Shown in pieces: positions 38,865 to 47,166 of a stretch of 64,000 nt of DNA. The DNA lies in the NCBI GenBank assembly GCA_963695545.1, contig OY968796.1:864001-928000 (forward strand). Reading direction: 5' to 3'. Each line of letters starts with the position of its first letter. Position 1 is the stretch's first letter. The position numbers were made by a program, and so were the translations under genes. The DNA comes from Terriglobia bacterium. Lineage in GTDB: Bacteria > Acidobacteriota > Terriglobia > Acidiferrales > UBA7541. The notes beneath the pieces were generated by a model. The model saw nothing but the letters and a program-made list of their open reading frames with translations. It searched no databases and was not told the DNA's origin.

Positions 38865-39218
38865 CGCACTCTTTTGCAATCGACTGAAAATAAATGGTTT
38901 GGAGGGAGGGTTTGGTGCAGAAGAGTGCGGGATTGATCGGGTATGGCGGGGTCGCGCGGGGAGACGGCTCGGAGGCTGGACGCACGGCGAAGTTGCTTCG
39001 TTTGCCTTGCGGCGGGAGAGAAATCCGGAGGTTTGTGCGACGGACATAGCCTGTGATAGCACAGAATTCCGCGTGATGCAATAGTACTGATTGGTAAGTA
39101 TTCGAATAGGGGCGGCGGGAAGGCGCATTCAGGGCGGCGAAAGTAGTGCCGTGTTCGAATAGACTGTGTCGACCGTACGGTTTTTTGTGACATTACGAGC
39201 GTTGCGGCAACGAAGAGG

Positions 39219-39296
39219 GATTCTTCGACTGCGTCCCGGGCTGTCCGCGGGGCGGGGACGGAGGGAGAAAGCTGCCGGGACTGCGCTCAGAATGAC
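39219..39296. repeat. REP-like palindromic element (GATTCTTCG...CTCAGAATGAC type) with an inner stem
   Basis: Outer ATTCT/AGAAT and inner GTCCCGG/CCGGGAC inverted repeats. Confidence 0.55.
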
Positions 39297-39340
39297 GGCT
39301 TGACGGTGGTTTGGCCGGAATGATGGTGGCGCGTTCGGGC

Positions 39341-39418
39341 TTCGTAGCGGAGACCTTCGGAACTCTGGTCTTACGCGCGCGAAAGCAAGATGGAGGCCTG
39401 AAGGCCTCCGCTACATAA
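39341..39418. repeat. GTAG-type REP doublet (REPIN-like), copy 1
   Basis: Degenerate GTAGCGGAGACCTTCGG faces GGAGGCCTGAAGGCCTCCGCTAC; 33 nt (39386-39418) are identical to 41154-41186. Confidence 0.7.
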
Positions 39419-39464
39419 TGCAAAAACATCTTCGCGATAGAGCTCGGAGTTTACGGGGCGCGGC

Positions 39465-40781
39465 TTACTGCGGCTGCCAGGATTGGCCGGCGTCGGTGGT
39501 GGAGAAGCGGCGGCCGTCTTTTGTGCCGACGACGGCGGATCGGGCGTCGTGGGCGTCGACGAACGTCCAATCGGGAGGCTGGGCATTTTGTTCGGCTTGC
39601 TTGGGCGACGGGAGTTGTTGCCACGTCGCGCCGTCGCTTGAGCGGAGGATTGTGCCGTTGCGGCCGACGAGCCAGCAGACGGTTTCAGAGGGCGCGGAAC
39701 CGGCGAGGAGATCGGTTTGAATGGGGCTCGATTGCGGCGTCCAGGTGCGACCGCTATCGGTTGAGCGCGAAATACGGCCGCCGGCGCCGAAGCGCCAGAC
39801 GACTTGCGAGTTCGACTTCGCGGCTGCTGAGAAAGCGGGAACGAACTGGTCCTGAGGGCGCGCGAGATTACCGCTGGAGGCAAGCGCGTCAACGCGGGCG
39901 GCCTTGGACCGGACGACGACGGATTCGGTTACTGATCTGGGCTGCTCAGGAGCGGCATTCGCGGCCGCCGTGCCGGCAGCGGCCGCGGAAGAATTTTGTG
40001 CGGCGCCGGTGGTCGCTGATTCCTGTGAGTAGGCCTCGCGTGCGGAGGCTTCATCGGATGACTGCGCTTGCGCGGCTGGTGCCGGCGCGGTCACTTCGGC
40101 GGACGGCGAAGTTTCTTTGGGTACGGCTTGGGACGCAGTGACGGCCTGCGCATTCGTTGTGGGCGCGGGAGGGGGCGGCGACGCGGGAAGCGAGGCGCCG
40201 GACTGCGACGGTGCGACGTGCGTGGGAACTTGCGGCGCGGGAGTTGCGGCCGGACGGGCAGCCGGAGCGAGCGATGGCGGCGCCGCGGATTTATCTTCGG
40301 CGACGATGGTTTCGGACGAGGCGGGAGCGGTGGCCAGGTTTTCTGGAGGCGTTACATTCGCCGGATGGATCGCCAGCCAAAGCGCGGCGATGAAGATCGC
40401 GGCGGCGGCGAGGGGCACGAGCGTTCGCGGATCGAGGAAGCGCGGCCAATTCAAGATTCGCGCGCGGGGCGCGGCGGCGGGTGGCGCGGATGCAGCGGCG
40501 ACCAACTCGCCGAGGAGCGCGATTTCTTTTTCGGCCAGGGGATTTGGATCCGAGGCGGCCATAACGGCGAGGGCTTGCTGGCAGCGCGAGCAGCCGGCGA
40601 AGTGGGCGCGCCAGTGCGACGTCTCAGCGGGATTGAGCGCGCGTTCGTAAAACGCGGCGAGGGTTTCGGCGTCGGGGCAATCCGCTTTGCGCGCGGCGGA
40701 AGAGAAGGCTTCGGCGAGGATGCGGTCGAAGGCCTTGGCTTTGCGCTTCTCGAGTTCGGGGTCGTGGTCGTGTGACGCCAT
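39465..40781 (-). CDS. zinc-binding anti-sigma factor (zf-HC2-like) with TM, Pro/Ala linker and YCF48/BNR-like C-terminus
   Basis: CPDAETLAAF...HFAGCSRC; one TM; repeats STDSGRTW, SSDGATW, TTDAGQSW; lies downstream of the sigma gene. Confidence 0.8.
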   Translation of the reverse strand: MASHDHDPELEKRKAKAFDRILAEAFSSAARKADCPDAETLAAFYERALNPAETSHWRAHFAGCSRCQQALAVMAASDPNPLAEKEIALLGELVAAASAPPAAAPRARILNWPRFLDPRTLVPLAAAAIFIAALWLAIHPANVTPPENLATAPASSETIVAEDKSAAPPSLAPAARPAATPAPQVPTHVAPSQSGASLPASPPPPAPTTNAQAVTASQAVPKETSPSAEVTAPAPAAQAQSSDEASAREAYSQESATTGAAQNSSAAAAGTAAANAAPEQPRSVTESVVVRSKAARVDALASSGNLARPQDQFVPAFSAAAKSNSQVVWRFGAGGRISRSTDSGRTWTPQSSPIQTDLLAGSAPSETVCWLVGRNGTILRSSDGATWQQLPSPKQAEQNAQPPDWTFVDAHDARSAVVGTKDGRRFSTTDAGQSWQPQ

Positions 40782-40931
40782 TGGCGATGCCTTCTTTATC
40801 TTCTCCCTAAACGCCGTCGCGGTGATCGTGCATTTGCGGGCCCTATAGATTGAACGATCCGGGCGTGTTGGCTTGCATTCCGCAAATTTGAATTCCTGAA
40901 CGCGTGTCTAGAATTGATGCTCTCAGCGTTC

Positions 40932-41038
40932 AAAGATTGTGTCGCCCCTACGGGGCTGAAAGCATTTGGTAAAAACAAAAGTCCCCTCCGTACCCAGGGC
41001 TTACGCCCTGGGTTAAGCTGTGCCGCCCCTACGGGGCT
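40932..41038. repeat. three-hairpin REP-like element (GCCCCTACGGGGC / CCCAGGGC..GCCCTGGG), copy 1
   Basis: Second copy at 42320-42412 in direct orientation; the first 26 nt are identical. Confidence 0.75.
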
Positions 41039-41110
41039 GATTCTGCGTTGCGCGGGCAAGCGCGCGGCGTTGCGCACATTCTCGATCGGCGCCGGATGCG
41101 AAAATTGCTT

Positions 41111-41186
41111 TTTAGCGCAGGCCATTGGGCCTCCAGCTTATTTCGCGCAACACCAAGATGGAGGCCTGAAGGCCTCCGCTACATAA
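41111..41186. repeat. GTAG-type REP doublet (REPIN-like), copy 2
   Basis: Degenerate TAGCGCAGGCCATTGGGCCTCCA faces the 33-nt copy CAAGATGGAGGCCTGAAGGCCTCCGCTACATAA. Confidence 0.7.
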
Positions 41187-41245
41187 ACCCTTCGCGTACT
41201 CTGCCTCGGCGCAATCGCGCGGCCCCTGCCGGGCGTACGAAAGTG

Positions 41246-42262
41246 TTAGGGCACTCCGGGTTCGTCGTTGGCGCTGCGATCGAGGGCAAACTTTAGGTCG
41301 AAGGGCCAATCCTCGACGGCGTACTCGAAGCAGAGCGCGACTTGCGCGGGGCTCAGGGCGGATTGCGGCGCGCGGCCATCTTGCCGCGGATCGCCCGCGA
41401 GCAGGCGGCGCTCAACGCTCTCGCGCAGATCGCGGCGGCAGCGTTCGAGGTGGCGCGAGGCGGTGGCTTCGTGTTCGCCGCGTTGTTTGGCGATTTCGGC
41501 GAGGGTGAGCGAATCGAGATAGTAGGCGCGAAGGCGTGAGCGGTCGTCGTCGGAAACGTGCGCGAGGGCTTCGGCTAGCGCGGCATGGAGCAAATTGAGA
41601 TATCGCTCGCGATCGGGATCGCGCGGTTCGGGCGGACGCGACGTCGGCGCGGCCGCGGCGCGCGTGTGCGATCGGGTGGCGCTGCCGCGGTCGTCGTTCG
41701 CGCGAGTTTCGCCGATCTCGGCGACATCATCGAGCGCGATTTGGCGATTGCCGGCGCGGAGTTGATCGACGTAGCGCTGCGACAAGACGGCGCGCAACCA
41801 GGTGGAGAGTTTGCTGCGGCCGTGAAAATAGGAGAACAGCGGTTTGCGGCGCGCGCCTGCGGCGTTCGGAAGGCCGTAGAGATCGGCGTAGAGCGAATCG
41901 GCCAGTTCGCGCGCGCGTTCGGCATCGCGCGGCGCGCCGATGATGGCGCGCGCGGCGGCGTAGAGCGGCTCGCGATAGTGCGCGACGAAATAATCCCAGG
42001 CTTCGGAGTGACCAGCGGCGCAGGCGGCGGCGAGCGCCAAATCTTCGAGGCGAAGTGTTTTGAGATAGCGTTCGATTTCGGCTGGACCGGAGGAGGAATC
42101 GCCGAAGTGGCGCGCGGCGCTTGAGTGCAAACATTCCGTGAAGCGTTCGAGATCGAGGCCCCAGCGGGCGGCGCCGGATTGCGCGTGGAGCGAGGCGGCG
42201 AGCGCGGGCGGGATGTGCGGGCGCGCGCGATCAGTTCGATGGGGGATATTGGCTGGCGTCAT
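41246..42262 (-). CDS. ECF-like sigma-70 factor
   Basis: Region 2-like EDLALAAACAAGHSEAWDYF...FHGRSKLSTWLRAV; region 4 HTH LTLAEIAKQRGEHEATASRHL; upstream of the anti-sigma gene. Confidence 0.82.
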   Translation of the reverse strand: MTPANIPHRTDRARPHIPPALAASLHAQSGAARWGLDLERFTECLHSSAARHFGDSSSGPAEIERYLKTLRLEDLALAAACAAGHSEAWDYFVAHYREPLYAAARAIIGAPRDAERARELADSLYADLYGLPNAAGARRKPLFSYFHGRSKLSTWLRAVLSQRYVDQLRAGNRQIALDDVAEIGETRANDDRGSATRSHTRAAAAPTSRPPEPRDPDRERYLNLLHAALAEALAHVSDDDRSRLRAYYLDSLTLAEIAKQRGEHEATASRHLERCRRDLRESVERRLLAGDPRQDGRAPQSALSPAQVALCFEYAVEDWPFDLKFALDRSANDEPGVP

Positions 42263-42319
42263 TATTAATTCGCTCGGACGGCGCGATTCGTTGGCGCGCT
42301 TATTATCGTGCCGCGTCCG

Positions 42320-42412
42320 AAAGATTGTGTCGCCCCTACGGGGCTTTGGCGAAATCGCGATCCGTACCCAGGGCTTCCGCCCTGGGCCAAAATGTGCCGC
42401 CTCTATGGGGCT
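42320..42412. repeat. three-hairpin REP-like element, copy 2
   Basis: AAAGATTGTGTCGCCCCTACGGGGCT...TCCGTACCCAGGGCTTCCGCCCTGGG...TGTGCCGCCTCTATGGGGCT. Confidence 0.75.
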
Positions 42413-42430
42413 TCAACCGGGCACAGGGCG

Positions 42431-42649
42431 TGGGCGTCAGCGGAACGCGCATCCTTATATGTCTACAAAGACTGTTTGTCACCAAAGACCCCGCACGTAA
42501 GTCCGACGTGCGGGGCACCCGCGAATTCTTGCCCCGATATGGGCGTCAGCGGAAAGCGCATCCTTATATGGTATGTCCCCAAAGACCCCACACGTAATAC
42601 CGACGTGTGGGGCACCGACGAATTTTTGCCCCGTATGGGCGTTAGCGGA
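42431..42649. repeat. tandem repeat (about 2.2 units of 109 and 96 nt), each full unit with a 10-bp hairpin followed by CACC
   Basis: Units start TGGGCGT(C/T)AGCGGA at 42431, 42540 and 42636; hairpins at 42489-42515 and 42586-42612. Confidence 0.8.
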
Positions 42650-42890
42650 GCGCCAACGGAAAACTAGATGACGGGCGCGGGCGCAGCGTTGTTTTAACTG
42701 TTGGATCATAGCGCGGGGCGAGAAAAACGTGGCGATGGTTCCATGAGGCGCGGGACTGGGAGTATGATGCGTCTCGTGCGAGGCAATACGAAACCCGCGC
42801 GGCCTAGAATCCGTCTCTCCATATTAGTGCAGTCTTTCCTGTTGGGGACTTTCGCCTGGGGATACTCCGCAGAATATCGAGGTAGCCGTG

Positions 42891-43526
42891 ATGTCTGAGA
42901 ATTGCGATCCGGAAACTAAACCCGGCTGGTTGACGAGACGCGAGCTGATCAAGGGCGTGATTGCGGCCGGGGCGGCGTCCTCGGCGAGCTACCTTTTTCG
43001 GGGCAGCTTGCAGCGAGTGTTTGCGTCGGCGCCGGGATCGGTGGAGCGGCTGATCATTTTGAATGTGAACGGGCAGCAGAGGCCCGTGGACGTGATGAAG
43101 CAGGAGACGCTGGCGATGACTCTGCGCTATAAGCTGGGCCTGACGGGAACGAAAATTGGGTGCGACCGCGCGGAGTGCGGGTGCTGCACGGTGCTGATCG
43201 ACGATGTGCCGCACTATTCGTGCTCGGTGCTGACGCATACCGCTCGAGGCAAGAAAATTCAGACCATCGAAGGGCTGGCGAGCGCGGATGGCACGCTGCA
43301 TCCGGTGCAGCAGGGAGTGGTGGAGGAGCAGGGATTCCAGTGCGCGTTCTGCATGTCGGGCTTCATCATGGCCACGGTGGGATTTCTGAAGGTGAATCCG
43401 AATCCGACGCGCGCGGAACTTGCGCACGGGATTTCGGGCAATCTTTGCCGCTGCCAGGACTACGAGAAAATTCTGAATGCGTTCATGCGCGGGGCCGAGC
43501 TTTCGCGGGGAGTGCACAATGCGTAG
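42891..43526 (+). CDS. 2x[2Fe-2S] subunit of a xanthine-oxidase-family enzyme with Tat signal (PaoA-like)
   Basis: TRRELIK twin-arginine leader; GCDRAECGCCTV, QCAFC, NLCRC. Confidence 0.9.
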   Translation: MSENCDPETKPGWLTRRELIKGVIAAGAASSASYLFRGSLQRVFASAPGSVERLIILNVNGQQRPVDVMKQETLAMTLRYKLGLTGTKIGCDRAECGCCTVLIDDVPHYSCSVLTHTARGKKIQTIEGLASADGTLHPVQQGVVEEQGFQCAFCMSGFIMATVGFLKVNPNPTRAELAHGISGNLCRCQDYEKILNAFMRGAELSRGVHNA

Positions 43527-46128
43527 AGCTACGGATTCTGGTTCAACGTCGAATTCAACGCCCGATACGAAGGCGGCTGCGCCGATCGATACTGAAAAGC
43601 TGCTGGTGACGGCCGACACTCCTCCGGACAAGACGAGACTCGTTGGGCAAAACTACGTCACTCCCGATCTGATCGCGAAAGTCACCGGAAGATCGAAATA
43701 CGCGGAGGATTATCGCGCGGACGGAATGTTGTTTACGAAGCTGCTGCTGAGCCCGTATCCGCACGCGCGCGTCACCGGCATCGACGCGTCGGAGGCGCTG
43801 AGGATGCCGGGCGTGCGCGGCATGATCACCATGGACGATCTGCCGGCGCCGGCCGATTCGTATACGGACCTGGGCGCGCTGATCAAGGCCAATCTGCGCG
43901 GGGAACGCGGTCTGGCGATGGAGCCGATTTATCAGGGCGAGCCGATTCTGGCGGTGGCGGCCGTCGATGAACTGACCGCCGCGGACGCGATCGAGAAAAT
44001 TAAGGTTACGTTCGAGCCGCTGCCGTTCGTGCTCGATCCGTTCGATAGTTTGCGGCCGGGCGGACCGAACGCGCGGACCGACGGAAACACATGGATGCGC
44101 GCGCCCGCGCCGCCGCCCGCGAATGGAGGCAGACCGGCGGGTCCGCCGCCGCTTACCGTGGCCGAAATCAAATGGACTGACGAAGAGTTCAAGGATTACG
44201 CGCAAGGCAAGATGCCGATGGGCAAGCCGACCGACCAGTGGACATACGGCGATCTGGACGCGGGATTCAAAAACGCGGCGCTGGTTCTGGATGAATCGTT
44301 CGTGACGCCGGACACGAGCCATCAGTGCATGGAGACGCGCACGGCGATGGCTTACTGGCAGGGCGGAAAATTATTTCTGTGTGGCGGCACGCAAAGCACG
44401 GTGCAGACCGTGCCGGCGATCGCGCGCTGGATGAACATGAGCGCGGACGACGTGGTGCTGATCAGCGAATACACCGGCGGCGGATTCGGGAGCAAGGCGA
44501 GCGGAAACATTCAGATGATTATCCCGGCGATTTTGTCGCGAAAATGCAACGCGCCGGTGATGATGCGCGTGAGCCGCGAGGAGGAACATTATATCGGCAA
44601 GGCGCGGCCGAGCATTACGGGGCGCATCAAGGTGGGCTTCGCGGCGGATGGTCGCATCACGGCGCTCGATATGTATTCGGTGTGCGATAACGGGCCTTAC
44701 GATCAGGTGGGCGACGCGGGAATGTCCGGACGCATCGTTTCGCTGCTCTATCAGCCGCCGGCCATGCGCTGGCGCGGGATTTCTGTGCTGACGAACACGC
44801 CGCCGCGCGGAGCGCAAAGTTCGCCGGGTGGGATACAGGGAATCACTTTGATGGAGCCGATTCTGGCGAAGGCGGCGCGGCAGTTGAATCTGGATCAAGT
44901 GGCGATACACAGAATCAACGCGCCGGAAGGCAAGGCGGAATTCGGGCCGACTCCTCCGAACGGCGGGAAGCGATCGTATCCGACCAGTTGCTTCCTGAAG
45001 GATGCGTTCGATCGCGGCGCCGAGATGTTTAAATGGAACGATCGCAAGGCGCTGAGCGGGAAACGGAACGGGACAAAGGTGCGCGGCATCGGAGTCTCGA
45101 GCAGCACATTCGTCGCGGGCTCGCGCGGATACGATGGGCTTTTCGTGATTAAGCCCGACGGCATGATGTACATCCAATCGGGCATCGGGAATCTGGGGAC
45201 GGAAAATTTTAGCGACGCTCACCGCGTGGCCGCCGAACTCGTGGGCATGCCGTGGGAAAAAGTGCAGCTGACGTGGGGAAACACCTCGAAGAATCTGCCG
45301 TGGAGCTGCGTATCCGGCGGCAGCCAGACGACGCACGCGATGACGCGCGCGGCGCACGCGGCCGGTATGGACGCCAAAACGAAATTGCAACAGATCGCCG
45401 CGAAGGATCACGGCGGGCGGCCGGAGGATTACGAAGTCGCGCACGAGCGCGTCTATCGCAAAGGCGGCGGCGCCGGCATGACGCTGGCTCAGGCCGCGCA
45501 GCGCGCGATTGCGCTGGGCGGCGTGTACGACGGCCATACTCTGCCGAGCGACATCAATAAGATGACCACGGCGTCGGCGACGGCGTTCGCAGGGCAAGGG
45601 CTGATGGGCGTGGCGCGCGACAATTATGGGCAGGATGGCCAATGCTTTTCGTTCGTGGCCACGTTCGCGGAAGTGGAGATCGACGTCGAAACGGGCGCGT
45701 ACGAGATTCTGGATTTTTTGGCTGTAGCCGACGTGGGCACGGTGATTCACCCGAAGGCGCTGAGCGGACAAATACTTGGGCGATCCATGCTGGGGATCGG
45801 GCACGCCGTCGGGCAGAAATGGGTTTATGACAAGCATCTCGGTTGGGCGATGGCCAAGCGCTTTTACCAAAATAATCCGCCGACAATTTTGAACGCGCCG
45901 GTGAACATGCAATGGGCCGCGCTGAACATTCCGGATCCTGAAACGCCGGTGGGCGCGCGCGGCATTGGCGAGCCGCCGGTGGGCGGCGGATGCTGCGCGA
46001 TTTTGAACGCGATTTCGGATGCGATTGGGGACGATATTTTCCGGCGCGCGCCGGTGCTGGCGGACATGATTTTGACTTCGCTAGAGGCCGGGAAGCCGGT
46101 GACCGAGCCGCTTGAGGCGCACATTTAG
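43519..46128 (+). CDS. molybdopterin-binding large subunit, xanthine oxidase / aldehyde oxidoreductase family
   Basis: AKVTG, SPYPHA, GGGFGSK, SGGSQTT, VEIDVETG, DVGTVIHP, GARGIGEPP (catalytic Glu). Confidence 0.9.
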   Translation: MRRATDSGSTSNSTPDTKAAAPIDTEKLLVTADTPPDKTRLVGQNYVTPDLIAKVTGRSKYAEDYRADGMLFTKLLLSPYPHARVTGIDASEALRMPGVRGMITMDDLPAPADSYTDLGALIKANLRGERGLAMEPIYQGEPILAVAAVDELTAADAIEKIKVTFEPLPFVLDPFDSLRPGGPNARTDGNTWMRAPAPPPANGGRPAGPPPLTVAEIKWTDEEFKDYAQGKMPMGKPTDQWTYGDLDAGFKNAALVLDESFVTPDTSHQCMETRTAMAYWQGGKLFLCGGTQSTVQTVPAIARWMNMSADDVVLISEYTGGGFGSKASGNIQMIIPAILSRKCNAPVMMRVSREEEHYIGKARPSITGRIKVGFAADGRITALDMYSVCDNGPYDQVGDAGMSGRIVSLLYQPPAMRWRGISVLTNTPPRGAQSSPGGIQGITLMEPILAKAARQLNLDQVAIHRINAPEGKAEFGPTPPNGGKRSYPTSCFLKDAFDRGAEMFKWNDRKALSGKRNGTKVRGIGVSSSTFVAGSRGYDGLFVIKPDGMMYIQSGIGNLGTENFSDAHRVAAELVGMPWEKVQLTWGNTSKNLPWSCVSGGSQTTHAMTRAAHAAGMDAKTKLQQIAAKDHGGRPEDYEVAHERVYRKGGGAGMTLAQAAQRAIALGGVYDGHTLPSDINKMTTASATAFAGQGLMGVARDNYGQDGQCFSFVATFAEVEIDVETGAYEILDFLAVADVGTVIHPKALSGQILGRSMLGIGHAVGQKWVYDKHLGWAMAKRFYQNNPPTILNAPVNMQWAALNIPDPETPVGARGIGEPPVGGGCCAILNAISDAIGDDIFRRAPVLADMILTSLEAGKPVTEPLEAHI

Positions 46129-46161
46129 TTTTTCTGTCGAGAGAGATCAGGAGAACCGAAA

Positions 46162-47166
46162 ATGGCAGTGATTCGCGATGTGATGCCGGACTTCGAGCTG
46201 TTCCAACCGGCCTCGATCGATGACGCGGTGACGTTGCTCGCGGAGTACGGCTCAGACGCGTGGGTGTTGGCCGGCGGACTGGATAGTTTCGATTGGCTGA
46301 AAGATCGCATCAAGCGTCCGAAGGTGGTGGTGGACCTGAGCCAGGTGCAGGAACTTCGCGGCGTGCGTGAGTTCGGCGGCGGCGTCGAAATCGGCGCGAT
46401 GACGACGTTGACCGAAGTTGTGCGAAACCCGATCGTGATCAGCAAATTTAAACTGCTGGCCGATGCGGCCGAAGCTGCCGCGTCTCCGCAGATCCGCAAC
46501 CAGGGCACGATCGGCGGCAACGTTTCACAGGACGCGCGATGCTGGTATTACCGCAGCGGATTTCCCTGCTATCGCGCCGGGGGAAATATTTGCTATGCGG
46601 ATACGCCGGTGGGTATGAATCGCGAGCACGCTATTTTTGGAGCGGACCGCTGCGTGGCAGTCAGCCCGTCGGATTCGGCGCCGGCCATGGTTGCGCTCGA
46701 AGCACAGATGGTGATTCGCAGTTCGCGCGGCGAGCGCGTGGTGGATGCTGAAGATTATTTCACGAATCCCGGCATCGACATCACACGCATGACTGTGCTG
46801 CAGCCCGGCGAACTTCTTACCTCGATCCGCATTCCGGGCACATGGGCAAACACCGATTTCTACTTCGAGAAAGTTCGTGACCGTCCCGTGTGGAATTTTC
46901 CGCTGGTGAATGTTGCGTCGGCGAAAGTCTTAAACGGCGGCGTGATCGAGCGAATACGCATCGTGGTGAATGGCGTGGCGCCGCATCCGTGGCATCTGAA
47001 AGACGTGGAAGACGCCATCGCGGGCAAGCCGGCGAACGAAGAGACCGCCAGCATGGCGGGACAAATGGCGATCAAGGGCGCCGTGCCGCTGCGCTTCAAT
47101 GGTTACAAATTGCCGCTGATGCGAAACCTGGTGAAACGCTCGATTCGCGGGACGATGGAGGCCTAG
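46162..47166 (+). CDS. FAD-binding subunit with [4Fe-4S] insertion (PaoB/HcrB-like)
   Basis: LAGG, ASPQIRNQGTIGGN, insertion CWYYR..CYRAGGNIC...REHAIFG..RC. Confidence 0.9.
   Translation: MAVIRDVMPDFELFQPASIDDAVTLLAEYGSDAWVLAGGLDSFDWLKDRIKRPKVVVDLSQVQELRGVREFGGGVEIGAMTTLTEVVRNPIVISKFKLLADAAEAAASPQIRNQGTIGGNVSQDARCWYYRSGFPCYRAGGNICYADTPVGMNREHAIFGADRCVAVSPSDSAPAMVALEAQMVIRSSRGERVVDAEDYFTNPGIDITRMTVLQPGELLTSIRIPGTWANTDFYFEKVRDRPVWNFPLVNVASAKVLNGGVIERIRIVVNGVAPHPWHLKDVEDAIAGKPANEETASMAGQMAIKGAVPLRFNGYKLPLMRNLVKRSIRGTMEA

Noticed and set aside
39136..39152. Second sigma54-like site (minus strand CGGCACTACTTTCGC) upstream of DUF4139
   Set aside because: Spacing fits, but there are mismatches in both boxes and it is about 500 nt from the gene; not distinguishable from chance.
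40796..41309. Small ORFs between sigma and anti-sigma, and at 42138-42898
   Set aside because: They are translations of the palindromic repeats, not credible genes.
42431..42649. Possible CRISPR array
   Set aside because: Whole ~100-nt units are similar, with no unique spacers; only about 2 units; no cas genes.
43519..46128. Aerobic CO dehydrogenase (coxL)
   Set aside because: Lacks AYXCSFR and AYXGAGR; the Tat signal and [4Fe-4S]-containing FAD subunit fit the PaoABC-like group.
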